A DNA stretch of 32,000 bases from Alkalilimnicola ehrlichii MLHE-1 (GTDB lineage Bacteria; Pseudomonadota; Gammaproteobacteria; Nitrococcales; Halorhodospiraceae): NCBI RefSeq assembly GCF_000014785.1, contig NC_008340.1:540001-572000 (forward strand), in the 5' to 3' direction. Of the stretch, positions 29,244 through 32,000 are shown piece after piece. Position 1 is the stretch's first letter. Each line of letters begins with the position of its first letter. Under the pieces are notes generated by a model. It saw nothing but the letters and a program-made list of their open reading frames with translations. It was not told where the DNA came from and did not search any database. The translations under genes were made by a program, and so were the position numbers.

Positions 29244-29590
29244 TGATGAAGCGTTATTGGGTTTTGGGGTTGGGAGGATTGTCGTTGTGCATGGCGCTGC
29301 CGGCGGCGGCCATCGACCGGGGTGATCCGGTGCGGGGGCAGGAGCTGTCCGCGGCCTGTATCGCCTGCCACGGTGAGGATGGCAACAGCCCGGATCCGCA
29401 GTATCCGAAACTGGCGGGGCAGCATGCCGACTATATGGCGCGCATGCTGCGCCGCTACCGGGATACCGACATCCAGAACCCCATCATGAATGGCATGGCC
29501 TCCGGGCTGAGCGATGCCGATATCTGGGATCTGGCGGCTTATTACGCCGAGCAGGAAGGCCCCCTGCACACCCCGCCCCGGCGCCGCTGA
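29243..29590 (+). CDS. Monohaem class I cytochrome c (second c4-like half)
   Basis: TGATG overlap with the previous gene, a signal peptide, CIACH motif, and AGQHADYMARMLRRYRD...IMNGM. Confidence 0.8.
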   Translation: MMKRYWVLGLGGLSLCMALPAAAIDRGDPVRGQELSAACIACHGEDGNSPDPQYPKLAGQHADYMARMLRRYRDTDIQNPIMNGMASGLSDADIWDLAAYYAEQEGPLHTPPRRR

Positions 29591-29602
29591 GGCGCCCCGC
29601 CT

Positions 29603-29642
29603 GCCACGGGGGGACGCGGACGCCTCCGCGCCTCCCCGTGGC
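29603..29642. terminator. GC-rich compound hairpin between convergent genes
   Basis: GCCACGGGG (29603-29611) pairs with CCCCGTGGC (29634-29642). An inner stem is CGCGGA/TCCGCG (29615-29620 / 29625-29630). It sits between the cytochrome c stop and the PP2C stop. Confidence 0.5.
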
Positions 29643-29673
29643 GTTGTGGTGGGTGTGAGCGGGGCCTAGCGGG

Positions 29674-30330
29674 TCAGTCCAGGCGCACGAGCAGGGCAGA
29701 GGCGTCACCCTCGCCGCCGGCCTGGCGTGCCTCCAGGACGATCTGGCGCGCGCTGGCGGCCAGGTCGTTCTGGGTGGCCATCAGCAGGGCACACAGGGCC
29801 TCATCGTCCAAGGCGGATGAGACGCCGTCGGAGCAGAGCAAAAACAGGTCGCCGGCGGCGCGGTCCAGGTCATGCAAGTCCGGCTGCACCCGCGGCTGCT
29901 CGCCCAAGGCCTGATCCGCGGCGTCACCGGGGCCCAGGGCGGTCATCTGGCCATCGCGCAGGCGGTAGGCCGGCGAGTCCCCCACCAGGGCCAGGCTGAC
30001 GGCGGCCGGGGCCACGCAGAGCAGGGCCAGTGTGCTGCCCATGCCGCGGTGGCGGCGGTTGCTCTCGGTGTGGGCGAGCAGGGCCTGGTTGGCCAGCTGT
30101 GCGAGTTTGCGCGGTTCGCCCCCGGATTCCAGCCAGGTGTGGTCGGCACCGTGGTGGTTGCGGGCGATGGCCAGTACCGTCTCCACCGCCAGGCTGGCGG
30201 CCACCTCCCCATGGGGCCGGTTACCGGCGCCATCGGCCAGTACCGCGACCCCCGCCGGCAGGTCGTAGCCAAAATGATCCTCATTGTGGGGCCGGCCCAG
30301 GCCCGGTTCGGTGAAACCACCCGCTTGCAT
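29674..30330 (-). CDS. PP2C-family Ser/Thr protein phosphatase
   Basis: GLGRPHNEDHF, VLADGAG...GEVAS and the C-terminal LLCSDGVS...D motifs. The start is taken at MQAGGFTE. Confidence 0.75.
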   Translation of the reverse strand: MQAGGFTEPGLGRPHNEDHFGYDLPAGVAVLADGAGNRPHGEVAASLAVETVLAIARNHHGADHTWLESGGEPRKLAQLANQALLAHTESNRRHRGMGSTLALLCVAPAAVSLALVGDSPAYRLRDGQMTALGPGDAADQALGEQPRVQPDLHDLDRAAGDLFLLCSDGVSSALDDEALCALLMATQNDLAASARQIVLEARQAGGEGDASALLVRLD

Positions 30331-30426
30331 GGAAAGTTGCCCTCTGGAAGACGCGGAAACAGCCCTGGATTGTGCCAAGCCAGGGCCGTCGGGGAAAGCC
30401 GGGGCCGGATGCCCGGCCGAGGGCGG

Positions 30427-31104
30427 TCAGTGGAAGCTGTGTGCCAGGGGGGCGTCTGGGCCCTCACGGCGGTGGTCCGGGGCCGAGGGCGCCGGCTGCC
30501 GGTCCAGGCCGAGGGCCCGCGCCTGAACCTGGAGCTGGCGGTCCAGGGGGCCGTCGGGTGCGTCGACTACCACCAGCAGTCCCGCTCGATCCTCCAGGGC
30601 AAGCTGCAGGATGCGCCCACAGGCCGCACTGGTGGTGCCCGCCTCGGGTAACAGCACGGGCACCAGTTGAAACGGCGGAAGCACCCGTTGCAGGTAGGGC
30701 AGGGGGGCCTCCAGCCGGTGTTCCAGCGCGTGTGCCCGGTCGTCCAGGGCGCCTCCCGCATCGTCCTGCAGGCGCTCGATCCCGGCCGCATCCAGGGTCA
30801 GGCGGCCCAGCGGGGTGGCGAACTGCCGTTTGCCACTGAAGGCGGGGCCTTCAGCCGTGCGGTGGGGGGTTGTGGCCAGCAGATAGACCCGATTCGGTGG
30901 CGCGGCTGCAGCCTGCAGCAGGCTGCACGCCGCGGCGATGGCCGCCCCGGCCCGGGCCTGGCCGCCGGGTGGCAGGACCAGCGCCCGGGGGCGGGTACCC
31001 AGGGTTGGATGCGCCCGCAGCAGGGTGTCGAGGGACTGGCGCAACAGCTCCGGATGGCCGGGATAGAACAGGCCTGCAGCGACGGGACGGCGCACTTCGC
31101 TCAT
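30427..31104 (-). CDS. Memo-like / AmmeMemoRadiSam system protein B family, apparently divergent
   Basis: The N-terminal RRPVAAGLFYPGHPELL is the family hallmark, with HALEHRLEAPLPYLQ further on. The expected PHAGY block reads PPGGQ. Confidence 0.6.
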   Translation of the reverse strand: MSEVRRPVAAGLFYPGHPELLRQSLDTLLRAHPTLGTRPRALVLPPGGQARAGAAIAAACSLLQAAAAPPNRVYLLATTPHRTAEGPAFSGKRQFATPLGRLTLDAAGIERLQDDAGGALDDRAHALEHRLEAPLPYLQRVLPPFQLVPVLLPEAGTTSAACGRILQLALEDRAGLLVVVDAPDGPLDRQLQVQARALGLDRQPAPSAPDHRREGPDAPLAHSFH

Positions 31105-31294
31105 ATTGGACTCCCCCGGTGGGGTGTGCGGGTGGGGCCATAAGGGCTCACCCGGGCATGGGAACACCCCATGAATGGACGTGGCTTACCTTCAAGTTAT
31201 GCCATTCACGCGGGCTTGCAAGGCGCTTGGGGGAAAGCTTCCGGGGCGCAGCATAGGGGTGGGGACGGGGCTTTTGCGCTGGGACAACGAAAAT

Positions 31295-31323
31295 GGCCGC
31301 CTCCCCCGGGGGGGGAGGCGGCC
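31295..31323 (-). terminator. Rho-independent terminator candidate for the 99-aa gene
   Basis: A 13-bp GC stem GGCCGCCTCCCCC / GGGGGAGGCGGCC with a 3-nt loop. On the minus strand it is followed by ATTTTCGTT. Confidence 0.6.
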
Positions 31324-31348
31324 AGGACGACGCCACCCTGTGGTCGGC

Positions 31349-31648
31349 TCAGGCCACGCGCCGGGCGTGGGCCTCGTTGCTGGCCTCGCCGTGGGCATTC
31401 ACCGCGCGCAGGGTGTGCTCGTCGTACTGGTCCGGTCGGGGTTGCTCCTCCACCGGCAGCACCTGGCCGCGCCGGCCCAGCAGTCGGGCGAGTTTGCCCC
31501 GGATCCCACGCAGCATCTCGCGCAGCACGACGGCGCGCTGTTCGGCCATGGCCTGTTGCATCCAGGCTTGGCGCTCCGCCTCGGTCATCCGCGCGAGCCG
31601 CTCGCAGGTCAGGGTCACCCGATCCAGATCACGTACCATTTCAGCCAT
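31349..31648 (-). CDS. Hypothetical 99-aa helical protein
   Basis: ATG start, charged helical sequence, and a terminator hairpin downstream. No family recognised. Confidence 0.45.
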   Translation of the reverse strand: MAEMVRDLDRVTLTCERLARMTEAERQAWMQQAMAEQRAVVLREMLRGIRGKLARLLGRRGQVLPVEEQPRPDQYDEHTLRAVNAHGEASNEAHARRVA

Positions 31649-31937
31649 ACCGCACCTCCTGAAGACGTATCGTCGTCGCGACGATCGTCACACCCGTCGA
31701 TTGAAAAAGCCGATAACTGTGCTTCCGCAACACCCGTGCCGGGTGTGCCGCCCGGAGGCCTCCGGGCCAGTCGTTGTCTGGTGTTGATGTCCGGCGCCGG
31801 AAGGCGGCCTGGAGCGCGGGGTGCCCTGGGATGGACTCCGTCTCTCAACGTTGGCTGTATGGTAAGACCACGCACCATGACGGGGCAATGGCCGTAAGCC
31901 CCAAAAATGATTGAAGGTTTTTATGGTTCGAAGGGGG

Positions 31938-31995
31938 CCGTCGGGCTAAGGCTGATGGATCCGGAAGGAGGGGGCCGTCAGCCTTGGCCCGACGG
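31938..31995. repeat. 18-bp inverted repeat (17/18) with a 22-nt spacer at the window edge
   Basis: CCGTCGGGCTAAGGCTGA (31938-31955) pairs with TCAGCCTTGGCCCGACGG (31978-31995). The direct motif GGGGGCCGTC also occurs twice (31933 and 31970). Confidence 0.7.
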
Positions 31996-32000
31996 AGGGG

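Overview
High-GC (about 65%) proteobacterial chromosome segment; the purN-purM-DUF2066-hda-DUF2069-wrbA-yihY synteny suggests a gammaproteobacterium. No rRNA, tRNA or CRISPR array was seen by eye. Bases 1 to about 18,860 look like a mosaic accessory region, all on the + strand except fic. It holds (i) a RES/Xre-type toxin-antitoxin pair; (ii) a copper-resistance cluster with a His/Cys-rich small protein, a TolC-family lipoprotein, a Tat-exported multicopper oxidase, CopC and CopD; (iii) a type I restriction-modification operon, hsdM (808 aa)-hsdS ... hsdR-M48/DUF45 peptidase. The hsdS-hsdR gap holds a 43-codon stub of a DUF262 gene, a 96-codon in-frame remnant of the DarT toxin and an apparently intact DarG macrodomain antitoxin. 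Then come (iv) a 92-bp nested hairpin, a weak small ORF and a translationally coupled pair (DUF4236-like membrane protein plus a standalone DUF3320-like protein), which is my best candidate for an undescribed defence-associated module; and (v) a class II Fic gene on the minus strand. The Fic gene is bracketed by 35-bp direct repeats (33/35 identical) that duplicate the 3' end of the adjacent DUF3617 gene, an att-like footprint marking the island/core junction. From about 18,866 to the end the content is ordinary core genome: DUF3617, TlpA-like thioredoxin, ThpR, GlcG-like, DUF3108, purN, purM, DUF2066, hda, DUF2069, wrbA, yihY, acylphosphatase, two monoheme cytochromes c, a PP2C phosphatase, a Memo-like protein and a small hypothetical. 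All family assignments come from motif recognition from memory, not from database searches. Most long antisense ORFs in the track are high-GC artefacts.
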